Source of the DNA: Candidatus Limnocylindria bacterium | GTDB taxonomy: Bacteria > Chloroflexota > Limnocylindria > P2-11E | Reading direction: 5' to 3' | DNA: 33,602 bases | NCBI GenBank assembly: GCA_044866725.1 | Contig: JBIOUD010000091.1 | Location: 1-33,602, forward strand | In this document: one piece after another, positions 10,101-19,171 of the stretch | Layout: each line of letters begins with the position of its first letter | How positions within the stretch are numbered: position 1 is the stretch's first letter | Notes under the pieces: generated by a model | The model's database searches: none | Seen by the model: the letters and a program-made list of their open reading frames with translations, nothing else | Told to the model about the DNA's origin: nothing | Program-made: the position numbers and the translations under genes

Positions 10101-10598
10101 GTTCCACGCGACGCGGTCGTGCAGCTTGAGCGTCCGACCGCGGCGGCCCAGGTCCCCGGGATCGATCGTGTGCTCGAGCAGGGCGCGCAGCGACGTGACG
10201 ACGGCGACGGGCTCCGTCGCGGTGTGCACGCGCCACAGCGTCAACAGGCGCTGGTGGATGGCGCCGGACGAGGCCGTGCCGATCTCGTACGGCATCGTCT
10301 CGCGCTCGGGGAACGCGAGGACGCGGTCCTCGCCGAGCCAACCGGCGAGCTCGGCGCGCCAGCGTCGCGCGCGGTCCTCGGACGGAGCGACGAGCGCGAT
10401 CGGACGACGAGCCTGCTCCACGAGCGCGGACCACGCGAACGCGCGGGCCCCTGCGGATGCCTCCACGAGCGACAGCGCGCCGCGATCCTCGAGGCGGCGC
10501 ACGAGCTCGGCGAATCGCTCGCTGTGCGGGGCGAGCGCGAGGACGCCTCCGAGCCGCGCGCTCGTCGTGCCCGCGCTCGGCCGCGCGACGCTAGCCAT
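7140..10598 (-). CDS. mfd: Transcription-repair coupling factor
   Basis: Motifs FSRRGGILDVYP, VVHEEHGIARF, PMDRLVVGDVGYGKTEVA, IDEEHRFGV, TATPIPRT, LYQLRGRVGRS, DLEIRGAGNILG. Start set at ATG 10598, overlapping the pth 3' end. Confidence 0.97.
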   Translation of the reverse strand: MASVARPSAGTTSARLGGVLALAPHSERFAELVRRLEDRGALSLVEASAGARAFAWSALVEQARRPIALVAPSEDRARRWRAELAGWLGEDRVLAFPERETMPYEIGTASSGAIHQRLLTLWRVHTATEPVAVVTSLRALLEHTIDPGDLGRRGRTLKLHDRVAWNETAAWLFDLGYEPVAEVSEPGTFSRRGGILDVYPASATMPIRVELFGDDIETLRTFDPVTQRSQDELEAVDVLPAREYSLELASEVAAHLGEGGWDEIDRENDELRPYASIVDALREGRDAPGLHAFAPSLGATASLLDHLPARATVIFEDSVELELAHDAHEAQADERREELRSQGLPTPAFPPPYVPRSAIEEAAGLRGSIRVAPGADQLRLGWGGVTSFAGRLDAFLREVAARAANERDIRLIATPQAARLAELLADRGVTATPHDTIAEPPAPGSLELARVPLAEGFTVPELGLRVFTDAEVFGFRKPRHPERRRRRVAVGSFLSDLKPGDHVVHEEHGIARFERFITKQIAGVVREYLELRFAGTDVVALPTERVDRVTRYIGGTPPALSALGGREWAATKRKAQKAVEDIARELLKLYAARETVHAHSFGRDTPWQIEMENAFPYTETPDQLQAIEDTKKDMERGRPMDRLVVGDVGYGKTEVALRAAFKAVQDGKQVAVLVPTTVLAQQHYETFVERLETFPVRVAMLSRFKTPAEQREVVWDIERGEADVVIGTHRLLQKDVKFRDLGLLVIDEEHRFGVKHKERLKQLRTEVHVLSMTATPIPRTMHMALSGVRDISVIETPPESRQPIETHVVERSDDILREAMLRELDRGGQVYYVHNRVQGIEHETQRLRALVPKARFVVAHGQMDERKLERVMVEFADAEHDVLVCTTIIESGLDIPNVNTIVINRAGQLGLAQLYQLRGRVGRSDQKAYAYLLHTKEEQLTEDARKRLQAVFEASELGAGFKIAMHDLEIRGAGNILGAEQHGHVAAVGFELYTQMLEEAVNIERGAPRQADLPEVVVDLALSTAIPDEYVPSRQRKLELYRRIAELRSLEELGALRDELRDRYGPPPEPVRNLLYGVEVKLRAVTAGATEVRARGPELRLVLGTDLTPERRAAVARAFPKAQAGQRQVRVNVLDVRGDWRDALTRLLDLVA

Positions 10599-11220
10599 TG
10601 AACGAATCCATCGCGCGCCGCAGGCCATCACGGATGGCGACTTCGACCGCCTCGGCCGCGCGGCCGATGACTTTTTCTGCCTCGGCGCGCTCGTCCGCCG
10701 CGAACGGCGAGAGAACGTACTCCGCGAGGTCCGGGACCTCAGCCTGCGGATCGACCGGCGCCACGCCGACGCGCACCCGCGGGAAGCCCTCACCGACCGC
10801 GGAGACGATCGAGCGCATCCCGTTGTGCGTGCCCGGGCCGCCCTTCTCCCGGATGCGCACCTTCCCGAGCGGGAGGTCGACGTCGTCGTAGACGACGAGC
10901 ATCGCGGCCGGCTCGATGCGGTAGCGGTCGAGGAGTTTGCGAACCGCGCGTCCGCTGTCGTTCATGAACGTCTGCGGACGCGCGATGGCGATCTTCGACT
11001 GCCCGAGGGAGGCCTCGGCGATGCGCGACTCGGCCGACTTCGTGTCGAACTCCGCGCGCGCACGCTTCGCGAGCGCGTTCGCGACGCGGAAGCCGACGTT
11101 GTGGCGCGTGGTCGCGTACCCGTCACCGGGGTTCCCCAACCCGACGACGAGCATGTCGACCCGCGGTGCGGCCCCGCCCGCGAAGAGCTTGGTGATCCGG
11201 TCCAGCCCTCTCTCCTTCAT
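10591..11220 (-). CDS. pth: Peptidyl-tRNA hydrolase
   Basis: Motifs LVVGLGNPG, TRHNVGF, PQTFMNDSG, DDVDLPLG, GTHNGMRS, RVRVGV, YVLSPF. Start is uncertain (ATG 11220; GTG 11229 is possible). Confidence 0.95.
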   Translation of the reverse strand: MKERGLDRITKLFAGGAAPRVDMLVVGLGNPGDGYATTRHNVGFRVANALAKRARAEFDTKSAESRIAEASLGQSKIAIARPQTFMNDSGRAVRKLLDRYRIEPAAMLVVYDDVDLPLGKVRIREKGGPGTHNGMRSIVSAVGEGFPRVRVGVAPVDPQAEVPDLAEYVLSPFAADERAEAEKVIGRAAEAVEVAIRDGLRRAMDSFNG

Positions 11221-11248
11221 GAACGCCACACGCGCCTTCGGAACGCCG

Positions 11249-11281
11249 AAAAGGGGCGCCCCGGGATGACCGGGGTGCCCC
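11249..11281 (-). terminator. Terminator-like hairpin in the pth leader
   Basis: 12-bp inverted repeat ggggcgccccgg/ccggggtgcccc (11253-11281; one A.C mismatch on the minus strand) followed by TTTT on the minus strand. Confidence 0.6.
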
Positions 11282-11373
11282 GCGAGTCGCGTATCGATAA
11301 AAGCATAGGGCTCGGCATTCGCCTTCGCCGGCTGCTTGGCATGTGCTTCGCCGCGCCGCAGTAGGGTCAACGC

Positions 11374-12345
11374 GTGCGGCTCGCGCTCGTCGGATTCGGC
11401 AACGTCGGCCGTGCGCTCGCGCGCTTGCTCCTGCGGACCGGCGCACCCTTCACGGTGACGGCGCTTGGCACGAGGAGCCACGGCGCGGTCGTCGCGGCGG
11501 AAGGCATCGGCCTCACGGAGGTGCTCGCCGGGACCGGCCTGCCGCTGCGCGCGCTTCCGCCGATCGCCGAGCTCCCAGCCGACGTGCTCGTCGAGCTCAC
11601 GACGCTCGAGCCGACGAGCGGTGAGCCGGCGCTCACGTACATGCGCGACGCGCTTCGCGCCGGGATGCACGTCGTCACCGCGAACAAGGGGCCGATCGCG
11701 CGCGCGTACCGCGAACTGCAGGCCATCGCCGACGACCGCGACCGGATGCTCCGATTCGAGGCGACGCTCGCGGACTGCCTACCGGTGTTCACACTGCGAC
11801 GCGCGGCGCTTCCGCTCGCCGAGATCCGCGAGATCCGCGGCATCGTCTCGAGCACGAACAACTACATCCTGAGCCGCTGCGGGCATGGCGACGCTTTCGG
11901 CGATGCGCTCGCGGAGGCGCAGCGGCTTGGCATCGCTGAGGCCGACCCGCGCAACGATCTCGAAGGGCACGACGCCGCGGCGAAAGCGACGATCCTCGCG
12001 AACGTCCTCATGGATGCCGGGCTCGTAATGAACGACGTGCGGCGCGAAGCCATCGATGAGCGCACCGGCGCACGCGCGAAAGAAGCTGCTCAGAACGGTA
12101 CGCGTATGCGACCGGTGATCACGATCCGCCGCGAAGCCGGCGCCGTCGTGGCCTCCTTCGCGCCCGAGCGTGTGGCGCCGGAAGATCCGCTCTACGCGAT
12201 CGACGGCTTCTCGATGGGCCTCGTGTTCGACACGGACCTCGCCGGTCGCGTCGCCGTGCAACTGCACGATCCGCACGTCGACCAGGTCGCGTACGCGGTG
12301 CTCACGGACCTGCTCGAAATACGCGCTAGCATCGCCCGACCGTGA
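11374..12345 (+). CDS. hom: Homoserine dehydrogenase (no ACT domain)
   Basis: Motifs GFGNVG, HVVTANKGP, FEAT..LP, GIVSSTNNYIL, AQRLGIAEADPRNDLEGHDAAAK. Confidence 0.9.
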   Translation: MRLALVGFGNVGRALARLLLRTGAPFTVTALGTRSHGAVVAAEGIGLTEVLAGTGLPLRALPPIAELPADVLVELTTLEPTSGEPALTYMRDALRAGMHVVTANKGPIARAYRELQAIADDRDRMLRFEATLADCLPVFTLRRAALPLAEIREIRGIVSSTNNYILSRCGHGDAFGDALAEAQRLGIAEADPRNDLEGHDAAAKATILANVLMDAGLVMNDVRREAIDERTGARAKEAAQNGTRMRPVITIRREAGAVVASFAPERVAPEDPLYAIDGFSMGLVFDTDLAGRVAVQLHDPHVDQVAYAVLTDLLEIRASIARP

Positions 12346-13232
12346 TGGGCTGGACGCGGCGCGACGCGAGGTCCTTCGGCGTCGGCGTGGGGTACCTCGC
12401 GCCATCGCTCTTCCTCTTCCTGGTGTTCGTCTTCATCCCGCTCGGCCGAACGATCTTCCTGAGCCTCTTCAACACTCGATCGAGCGGCGTGCCGACGTCG
12501 TTCGCCGGACTCGACAACTACACCGAGCTCCTCGCCTCGGAGAGCTTCCGCACCGGCCTCGTCGCGACGGCGCTCTTCACGATCTACACGGTCCCCGTCG
12601 GCATCGCGCTCGGCCTCGTCCTCGCCGTGCTGCTCAACCAGCGGCTGCGTGGCATCAACGTGTTCCGGACGATGATGGCGAGCACGATCGCGATCTCGGC
12701 CGCGGTCGGTTCGCTCATCTGGCTCCTGCTCCTCAACCCAAGCCTCGGATTGTTCGACTACCTGCTCTCGCGCATCGGCATACAAGGCCCGGACTGGCTG
12801 CTCCAGCCGTCGTGGGCGATCGTCGCGGTGTCGATGACGACGATCTGGCTCACGCTCGGCACGAACATCATCGTGCTGCTCTCCGGCCTGCAGGGCGTGC
12901 CTGAGGAGATCTACGAAGCCGCGCGGCTCGACGGCGCGCGCGGGTTCCGGATGTTCAGCCGTATCACCGTGCCGATGGTCTCGCCCTCGCTCTTCTTCCT
13001 CCTCGTCGTCGACACGATCGCCGTGCTCCAGGCATTCACACAGATCCACATCCTCACGCGCGGCGGGCCGGTCGACTCGACGCGCGTGCTCGTGTACGGC
13101 GTCTATCTCGACGCGTTCGTGAACTTCCAGTTCGGCTACGCGAGCGCGCAGGCGGTCGTGCTGTTCCTGCTTGTGCTCGTGCTCACGATCATCCAGTTCC
13201 GCTTCGTCGAGCGGCGGGTGCACTATCAGTGA
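12342..13232 (+). CDS. ugpA: Carbohydrate/glycerol-3-phosphate ABC transporter permease
   Basis: EAA loop EIYEAARLDGA, six TM segments, C-terminal ERRVHYQ typical of UgpA, and glp context. Start is GTG 12342 or ATG 12345. Confidence 0.85.
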   Translation: MMGWTRRDARSFGVGVGYLAPSLFLFLVFVFIPLGRTIFLSLFNTRSSGVPTSFAGLDNYTELLASESFRTGLVATALFTIYTVPVGIALGLVLAVLLNQRLRGINVFRTMMASTIAISAAVGSLIWLLLLNPSLGLFDYLLSRIGIQGPDWLLQPSWAIVAVSMTTIWLTLGTNIIVLLSGLQGVPEEIYEAARLDGARGFRMFSRITVPMVSPSLFFLLVVDTIAVLQAFTQIHILTRGGPVDSTRVLVYGVYLDAFVNFQFGYASAQAVVLFLLVLVLTIIQFRFVERRVHYQ

Positions 13233-14035
13233 AGATCCTCAACTACCTGCTGCTCGCGGCCGCCGCGTTCGTCGTCGCGTTCCCGCTCCTGCTCGCGCTC
13301 GCGTATTCGCTCATGAGCGAGTCGGAGATCGCGACGTTCCCGCCGCCGATCTTTCCGCAGGCACCGAACCTCGACAACTACGGCCGGGTGTTCGCGACGA
13401 TCCCGATCGGGCGCTACTTGTTGAACAGCTTTGTCGTTTCCGCGGCCGTGGTCATTGGACAGCTCATAACAGCTAGTCTCGCGGCGTATGCCTTCTCGTT
13501 CCTCACGTTCCGTTGGCGGAACGCGCTCTTCTTCCTGTTCCTCAGCACACTGATGATCCCGTGGGAGGCCACGATCATCCCGAACTACCTCACGATCCGG
13601 TCGATCGGGTGGCTCGACACGTACCAGGGGCTCGCGGTGCCGTTCATGGCCACCGCCTTCGGCACATTCCTGCTCCGCCAGGCGTTCCTCCAGATCCCGC
13701 GCGAGCTCTGGGACGCCGCGCGCATCGACGGCGCGTCGACCTTCCGCTTCCTCGTCTCGACCGTCATCCCGCTGGCGCGGCCGGCCTTGGGCACGGTCGC
13801 GATCTACGGGTTCCTGTCGACGTACAACCAGTACTTCTGGCCGCTTCTCATCACCAACGTGACGGAGATGCGGACGACTCAGGTCGGGATCGCGCAGCTG
13901 CGTTTCGAGGAAACGCTTCGCTGGGGCCTGGTCATGGCCGGCGTGATCATGGTCGCGGTGCCGACCCTCGCGCTCCTGGTCATGGGGCAACGCCAGCTTA
14001 TCCGCGGGCTAACAGCGGGAGCCGTGAAGGGATGA
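13229..14035 (+). CDS. ugpE: Carbohydrate/glycerol-3-phosphate ABC transporter permease
   Basis: Motifs FGTFLLRQAF, ELWDAARIDGA, YNQYFWPL. GTGA overlap with ugpA. Confidence 0.85.
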   Translation: MKILNYLLLAAAAFVVAFPLLLALAYSLMSESEIATFPPPIFPQAPNLDNYGRVFATIPIGRYLLNSFVVSAAVVIGQLITASLAAYAFSFLTFRWRNALFFLFLSTLMIPWEATIIPNYLTIRSIGWLDTYQGLAVPFMATAFGTFLLRQAFLQIPRELWDAARIDGASTFRFLVSTVIPLARPALGTVAIYGFLSTYNQYFWPLLITNVTEMRTTQVGIAQLRFEETLRWGLVMAGVIMVAVPTLALLVMGQRQLIRGLTAGAVKG

Positions 14036-14119
14036 TCGTCCGGTGACCGCGGCGTGGACGGGATGCGGACGAGCGTTCAGGCATACGATGGCTAGCGATC
14101 AGCGTAGGGAGGAGAGCAC

Positions 14120-15487
14120 ATGAAGCGACTAACAGCATTCGCGCTCGCGGTCGTCGTCGCTGCCGCCGCGTGCGGCGGAGGCGGTCCGGGTGGTGGCGAC
14201 TCCAGCGCACAAGCACCGGCGAAGGATGTCAAGCCCGCGGCGAAGTTCACGTGGTGGCACGCGATGACCGGCGTCAACAACGACGCGGTCAACAAGATCG
14301 TCGCCGCGTTCAACGCGAGCGGGAAGGGCATTCAGGTCGAGGCGATCTTCCAGGGTACGTACGACGATCTGCTCGCGAAGCTCAACACGGCGCTCGCGTC
14401 GAACGCGGCTCCAGCGCTCGTGCAGGTCTACGACATCGGTCAGGCCTACATGCGCGACGGCGGCCAGATCGTGCCGATGCAGGCGTTCATCGACCGGGAC
14501 AAGTTCGACACGAAGGACTTCGAGCCGGCGGTCATCAACTACTACAAGTACCAGGACAAGCTGCAGAGCATGCCGTTCAACTCGTCGTCCGCGATCCTGT
14601 ACTACAACAAGGACGCGTTCAAAGAGGCCGGGCTCGACCCGGCGAAGCCTCCGGTCACATTCACCGAGGTCGCGGAGGCCGCGAAGAAGCTGACGAAGAA
14701 GGACGCGAGCGGCGCGACGACGCGCTACGGCTTCGGCCCGTCCGTCTACGGATGGCTCTTCGAGCAACTCATGGCCACGTCGGGCGCGCCGTATGCCGAC
14801 AATGGCAACGGCCGCGACAACCGCGCCACGAAGGTGCTGTGGAACAGCGACGCCGGCAAGACGATCCTCAACTGGTGGAAGGCCGGAGTCACCGGCGGTT
14901 ACTTCTTCAACCCCGGCATCGACAACGACGGCGCCGCGAACGCGTTCAACGCAGGCAAGACCGCGATGTACATCGAGAGCACCGCGCGTCTGCGCGGTCA
15001 CATCAACACCATCGCGGGCAAGTTCGAGATCGGCACCGGTCTCTACCCCCGACCGGACAACAAGCCGACGAACGGCGGCAACATCATCGGCGGCGCGTCG
15101 CTCTACATCATGAAGAGCCGGCCCGCCGAGGAGCAGCAAGCCGCGTGGGAGTTCGCAAAGTTCCTGCTCACTCCCGCCATCCAGGCGCAGTGGCAGGCCG
15201 ACACGGGCTACTACCCGATCGTGAAGACTGCGTATGACCAGGGCCCGAGCAAGGAGTGGTCGACGAAGTACCCGCAGTTCACGACGGCCATCGACCAGAT
15301 CCGTAACTCACCGCAGAATCGCGCGACCAACGGCGCGGTCCTCGGCGTGATGCCGCAGGCCCGCCAGCGCACTCAGAAGATGATCGAGGCCGTGCTCCTC
15401 GGTCAGGCGACGGTGGATGCTGCCGTCGAAGCGGCCGTGGCCGACATCAACACGCAGATCGACAAGTACAACAAGGCGAACCCATAA
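14120..15487 (+). CDS. ugpB: Glycerol-3-phosphate/glycerophosphodiester ABC substrate-binding lipoprotein
   Basis: Lipobox AAAC, WWHAM, SMPFNSSSAILYYNKDAF, IIGGASLY, W..DTGY.P. GGAGG SD upstream and a possible internal -10 (TACGAT, 14084-14089). Confidence 0.85.
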   Translation: MKRLTAFALAVVVAAAACGGGGPGGGDSSAQAPAKDVKPAAKFTWWHAMTGVNNDAVNKIVAAFNASGKGIQVEAIFQGTYDDLLAKLNTALASNAAPALVQVYDIGQAYMRDGGQIVPMQAFIDRDKFDTKDFEPAVINYYKYQDKLQSMPFNSSSAILYYNKDAFKEAGLDPAKPPVTFTEVAEAAKKLTKKDASGATTRYGFGPSVYGWLFEQLMATSGAPYADNGNGRDNRATKVLWNSDAGKTILNWWKAGVTGGYFFNPGIDNDGAANAFNAGKTAMYIESTARLRGHINTIAGKFEIGTGLYPRPDNKPTNGGNIIGGASLYIMKSRPAEEQQAAWEFAKFLLTPAIQAQWQADTGYYPIVKTAYDQGPSKEWSTKYPQFTTAIDQIRNSPQNRATNGAVLGVMPQARQRTQKMIEAVLLGQATVDAAVEAAVADINTQIDKYNKANP

Positions 15488-17070
15488 CGCGAGAAGAGAC
15501 GGCCCGGGCGCTCGCCGCTCGGGCCGTCGATCTCCTCGTCATCGGTGGCGGCATCATCGGAGCGGGCATCGCGAGGGACGCCGCCCTACGCGGCCTGTCC
15601 GTCGCGATCGTCGAGCGCGACGACTTCTCAGCGGGAACGACGTCTCGACCGACGCGCCTGATCCACGGCGGCCTGCGTTATCTCGAGCTCTTCGACTTCG
15701 CTCTCGTGCGGTCGGATATGAAGGAGCGCGAGATCCTCCTCCGCATCGCGTCGCACCTCGTGTATCCGCTGCCGTTCCTGCTGCCGATGTACCGCCCGAG
15801 CCTCTGGTACCGCTTCAAGCTGCGCGTCGGCATGTTCCTGTACGACCTCCTCTCGCTCGACAAGTCGCTCCCGCGGCGCAAGTGGCTCGGCCGGGAGGAG
15901 ACGCTCGCGGCTGAACCGACGCTCGACCCCGACGGCCTCGCGGGCGCGTGGCGCTTCTACGACGCGCAGGTCCCGATGGTCGAGCGTCTCGTCCTCGAGA
16001 ACGTCATCGACGCCGCCGAGCACGGCGCCCTCGTCCTCAATCACGCCGAGGCGATCGGCTACCTCCGCGAGGGCGGCCGCGTGACCGGTGCGCGGATACG
16101 CGACCGCGCGACGGGCACCGAGTTCGAGACGCGGGCGCGGCTCACCGTCACCGCGACGGGGCCGTGGCTCGACCGCACCCTCGCCCCGCTTCGCGACGGC
16201 AAGAGGCCCCTCCTTCGGCTCACCAAGGGCATCCACCTCGTGACGCCGAAGGCGACGCGGCATGCCCATGTCCTGTTCGCTCGCGACGGACGGCTCTTCT
16301 TCGTCGTGCCGTGGGGTGACGAGACGATCGTCGGCACGACCGATACGGATTTCGAGGGCGATCCGGTGACGGCGGCCGCGACGAAGGACGACGTCGAGTA
16401 CCTGCGCGAAGCCGCGCACCGCGCGTTCCCGAAAGCGCCGTTCGGCAAGGTGCACTTCACTTGGGCGGGCGTGCGCGCGCTCGTGCGCGAGGAGGGCGTG
16501 GCGGAGAGCGAGGTCTCGCGCAAACACGCCCTGTATGACCACGAGAAGAAGGACGGTGTTCCCGGCGCGCTCTCGATCGTCGGCGGGAAGATCACGGCCT
16601 ACCGCGCGATCGCGGAGGAGGTCACGGACCTCGCCGCGAGGCGTCTCGGCGCGACGGCCCGCGGCACGACCGAGGACGATCCGCTGCCGGGCGCGCGCGA
16701 CGATCGCCCACGGCGGTCGAGCGACCCACGCATCGACGCGCACCTCGCATCGCTCTACGGATCGCGCGCGGCTGATGTCATCGCGATCGCGAAGGACGAC
16801 CCGGCTCTGCAAGCGCCGCTCTGCGAGCACCATCACGGCATCGCCGCTGAGATCGTCCACGCGGTGCGAAGCGAGTGGGCCCACACGCTCGGCGATGTCC
16901 TTCTGCGGCGCACGCTCCTCGGCCTCGAGTCGTGTCAGGGGCTCGATTGCCTCGACGCCATCGCCGAGCGCATGGGCTCCATCCTTGGATGGGACGACGC
17001 CCGGCGGCGCGAGGAGACGGCGCGTTACCGCGCGGAGATAGAGCCGATGCGCCGCTTCACCACGGCGTGA
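15484..17070 (+). CDS. glpD: FAD-dependent glycerol-3-phosphate dehydrogenase, probable ATA start
   Basis: The frame extends upstream of the track's 15706 start: [23 protein letters not shown]...[22 protein letters not shown]. Later motifs are WAGVRAL and GGKITAYR. An in-frame TAA lies at 15304 and there is no ATG/GTG/TTG between it and the FAD motif. Confidence 0.9.
   Translation: MTREETARALAARAVDLLVIGGGIIGAGIARDAALRGLSVAIVERDDFSAGTTSRPTRLIHGGLRYLELFDFALVRSDMKEREILLRIASHLVYPLPFLLPMYRPSLWYRFKLRVGMFLYDLLSLDKSLPRRKWLGREETLAAEPTLDPDGLAGAWRFYDAQVPMVERLVLENVIDAAEHGALVLNHAEAIGYLREGGRVTGARIRDRATGTEFETRARLTVTATGPWLDRTLAPLRDGKRPLLRLTKGIHLVTPKATRHAHVLFARDGRLFFVVPWGDETIVGTTDTDFEGDPVTAAATKDDVEYLREAAHRAFPKAPFGKVHFTWAGVRALVREEGVAESEVSRKHALYDHEKKDGVPGALSIVGGKITAYRAIAEEVTDLAARRLGATARGTTEDDPLPGARDDRPRRSSDPRIDAHLASLYGSRAADVIAIAKDDPALQAPLCEHHHGIAAEIVHAVRSEWAHTLGDVLLRRTLLGLESCQGLDCLDAIAERMGSILGWDDARRREETARYRAEIEPMRRFTTA
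15498..15528 (+). promoter_or_regulatory. 13-bp stem-loop just after ugpB, inside the glpD 5' coding region
   Basis: GACGGCCCGGGCG-ctcgc-CGCTCGGGCCGTC with one G.U pair and no strong U-tract. Confidence 0.6.
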
Positions 17071-18554
17071 CTCGGATCCTCGCGCTCGACCAGGGGACGA
17101 CCGGCTCGGCCGCGCTCGTCTTCGACGAGGACGCGAAGGCGGGCGCGTCGGCGGACCGGGAGATCGAGCAGCGCTATCCGGCACCGGGTCACGTGGAGCA
17201 CGATCCGATGGAGATCTTCGAGACGACCGTCGCGGTAGGGCGTGAGGCGCTCGGGAGCGATGGCGCGCGCGACGTCGCGGCGATCGGCATCACCAACCAG
17301 CGCGAGACCACCGTCGTGTGGGAGCGCTCGAGCGGACGGCCGATCCACGACGCCGTCGTGTGGCAGAGCCGCGCGTCCGCGGCGATCTGCGAAGACCTGC
17401 GCGCACGCGGGCTCGAGCCGCTCGTGCGGGAGCGCACCGGTCTCGTCATCGATGCGTACTTCTCGGGAACGAAGATCCGCTGGATCCTCGACCAAGCACC
17501 GGGTGCCCAACGCCGCGCCGAAGCCGGTGACCTCGCCTTCGGCACGATTGACAGCTGGCTCATCTGGAAGCTCACCGGCGGACGCACGCACGCGACCGAT
17601 GTCTCGAATGCGTCGCGCACGATGCTCTTCGACATCCATCGCGGTGCGTGGGACGACGAACTGTTGCGCGCGCTCGACATCCCGCGCGCGATGCTCCCCG
17701 AGGTTGTGCGCTCGAGCGGCGCGCTCGCGGAGACCGAGTCGTCCGTCTTCGGCGCAGCGATCCCGATCACGGGGATCGCCGGCGATCAACAGGCCGCGCT
17801 CTTTGGACAGACCTGCTTCGACGCGGGCGAGGCGAAGAACACTTACGGCACGGGCTGCTTCCTCCTCGCGAACACCGGCACGAAGCCCGCGTCGGTCGCG
17901 TCGAGCGGCGGGCTGCTCATCACGATCGCGTGGGATGCCGGACAGGGTCTGCATTACGCGATCGAGGGGAGCGCGTTCATCACCGGCGCGGCGGTGCAGT
18001 GGCTGCGCGACGGGCTGGGCATCATCCGTGACGCGGCGGAGACGGAAGCTCTCGCCGCGAGCCTTCGCGGCAACGAAGGCGTGTATTTCGTGCCGGCATT
18101 CACGGGCCTCGGCGCTCCGTACTGGGATATGTACGCACGCGGTGTGATCATCGGCCTCGAGCGCGCGACGACCCGTGCGCACATCGCGAGGGCGACGCTC
18201 GAGAGCATCGCGTACCAGACGCGCGATCTTGTGGAGTCGATGCGCGCGTCGGGGCATGCGATCAACGTACTGCGCGTCGATGGCGGCGGCACCGCGAACG
18301 GCTTTCTCATGCAGTACCAGGCGGACATCCTTGGCGTGCCGGTCGAGGTCGCGAGCGTACGCGAGACGACGGCGCTCGGTGCCGCGTTCCTTGCGGGCCT
18401 CGGCGCGGGAGTGTGGCGATCGCCATCGGATCTGCGCGCCCGGCGTGGGATCGCGAAGCGCTACGAGCCGCGCATGTCGCGCGGCCAGGCCGACAACCTC
18501 TATCACGACGGATGGAAGCGGGCGGTCGAGCGCGCAAGAGACTGGTTGCGCTAG
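17067..18554 (+). CDS. glpK: Glycerol kinase
   Basis: Motifs [60 protein letters not shown] overlap with glpD. Confidence 0.96.
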   Translation: MTRILALDQGTTGSAALVFDEDAKAGASADREIEQRYPAPGHVEHDPMEIFETTVAVGREALGSDGARDVAAIGITNQRETTVVWERSSGRPIHDAVVWQSRASAAICEDLRARGLEPLVRERTGLVIDAYFSGTKIRWILDQAPGAQRRAEAGDLAFGTIDSWLIWKLTGGRTHATDVSNASRTMLFDIHRGAWDDELLRALDIPRAMLPEVVRSSGALAETESSVFGAAIPITGIAGDQQAALFGQTCFDAGEAKNTYGTGCFLLANTGTKPASVASSGGLLITIAWDAGQGLHYAIEGSAFITGAAVQWLRDGLGIIRDAAETEALAASLRGNEGVYFVPAFTGLGAPYWDMYARGVIIGLERATTRAHIARATLESIAYQTRDLVESMRASGHAINVLRVDGGGTANGFLMQYQADILGVPVEVASVRETTALGAAFLAGLGAGVWRSPSDLRARRGIAKRYEPRMSRGQADNLYHDGWKRAVERARDWLR

Positions 18555-19171
18555 CGCTTCGGCACGCGCTCCGGGAAGTCCGACATGATCCCGTCGACCC
18601 CCCACTCCACGAGCTGCGCGATCTCCTCCGGGTCGTTCACGGTCCAGGTGTTCACGCGGAGCGAGGCGGCATGCGCCGCCGAGACCCGCGCGGGCGTGAC
18701 GTACTGGTGCTCGGGATGCAGCGCCCAGAGGTCGAGGACGCGCGCCTGGGCGAGGAGCGCGGGCATGTCCGGCGCCGAGCCGAAGATGAGCGCCCGGTCG
18801 ATGTCCGGCGCGACCGCGAGCGCGCCGTCCAGCGCTGAGAACCAGAAGCTCGAGACGTAGACGTCCTTCGCTTCGCGGTCCAAGAGGTGCCTCGCGACAG
18901 CCTCGCCGGTCTCGGTCGCGCGCTCGTCGCTGCCCGCGTTCTTCAGCTCGAGGTTCACCATGACGCGGCCGGCGCAGAAGTCGAGGGCCTGGTCCAGCGT
19001 GAGCAGGCCTTTCGCCGACGCCGGGCGGTCGTGCGCGATCACGAGCGCGCCGCCGATGAGCCACACGTCCGTCTCGATCTCATCGCAGCCGAGGTCGATC
19101 GCCTTCTGGAACGAGGCGATGGTGTTCTCGGGTGCGTGGCCCTTCGCCCCTCGGTGCCCGATACGCCGCAT
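18551..19171 (-). CDS. ugpQ: Glycerophosphodiester phosphodiesterase
   Basis: Motifs IGHRGA...[36 protein letters not shown]. Start ATG 19171. Confidence 0.92.
   Translation of the reverse strand: MRRIGHRGAKGHAPENTIASFQKAIDLGCDEIETDVWLIGGALVIAHDRPASAKGLLTLDQALDFCAGRVMVNLELKNAGSDERATETGEAVARHLLDREAKDVYVSSFWFSALDGALAVAPDIDRALIFGSAPDMPALLAQARVLDLWALHPEHQYVTPARVSAAHAASLRVNTWTVNDPEEIAQLVEWGVDGIMSDFPERVPKR

Noticed and set aside
8005-10434. 809-aa alternative-frame ORF in mfd, and many other long overlapping or antisense ORFs (e.g. 1849-2973, 3186-4322, 17025-19064, 24605-26014)
   Set aside because: Arg/Ala/Pro-rich or antisense shadows expected from high GC3 codon bias. They have no motifs and overlap well-supported genes.
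10599-11670. Long N-terminal extensions of mfd (to 10793) and pth (to 11670) in the ORF track
   Set aside because: They overlap pth and hom respectively and show no homology-like content, so downstream starts are more plausible.
14100-14112. TCAGCGTAGGGAG upstream of ugpB, identical to the 3' end of the TPP aptamer (26126-26138)
   Set aside because: There is no UGAGA, no CCUGAU and no P2/P4 pairing upstream. The match merges into the ugpB SD, so it is best read as coincidence.
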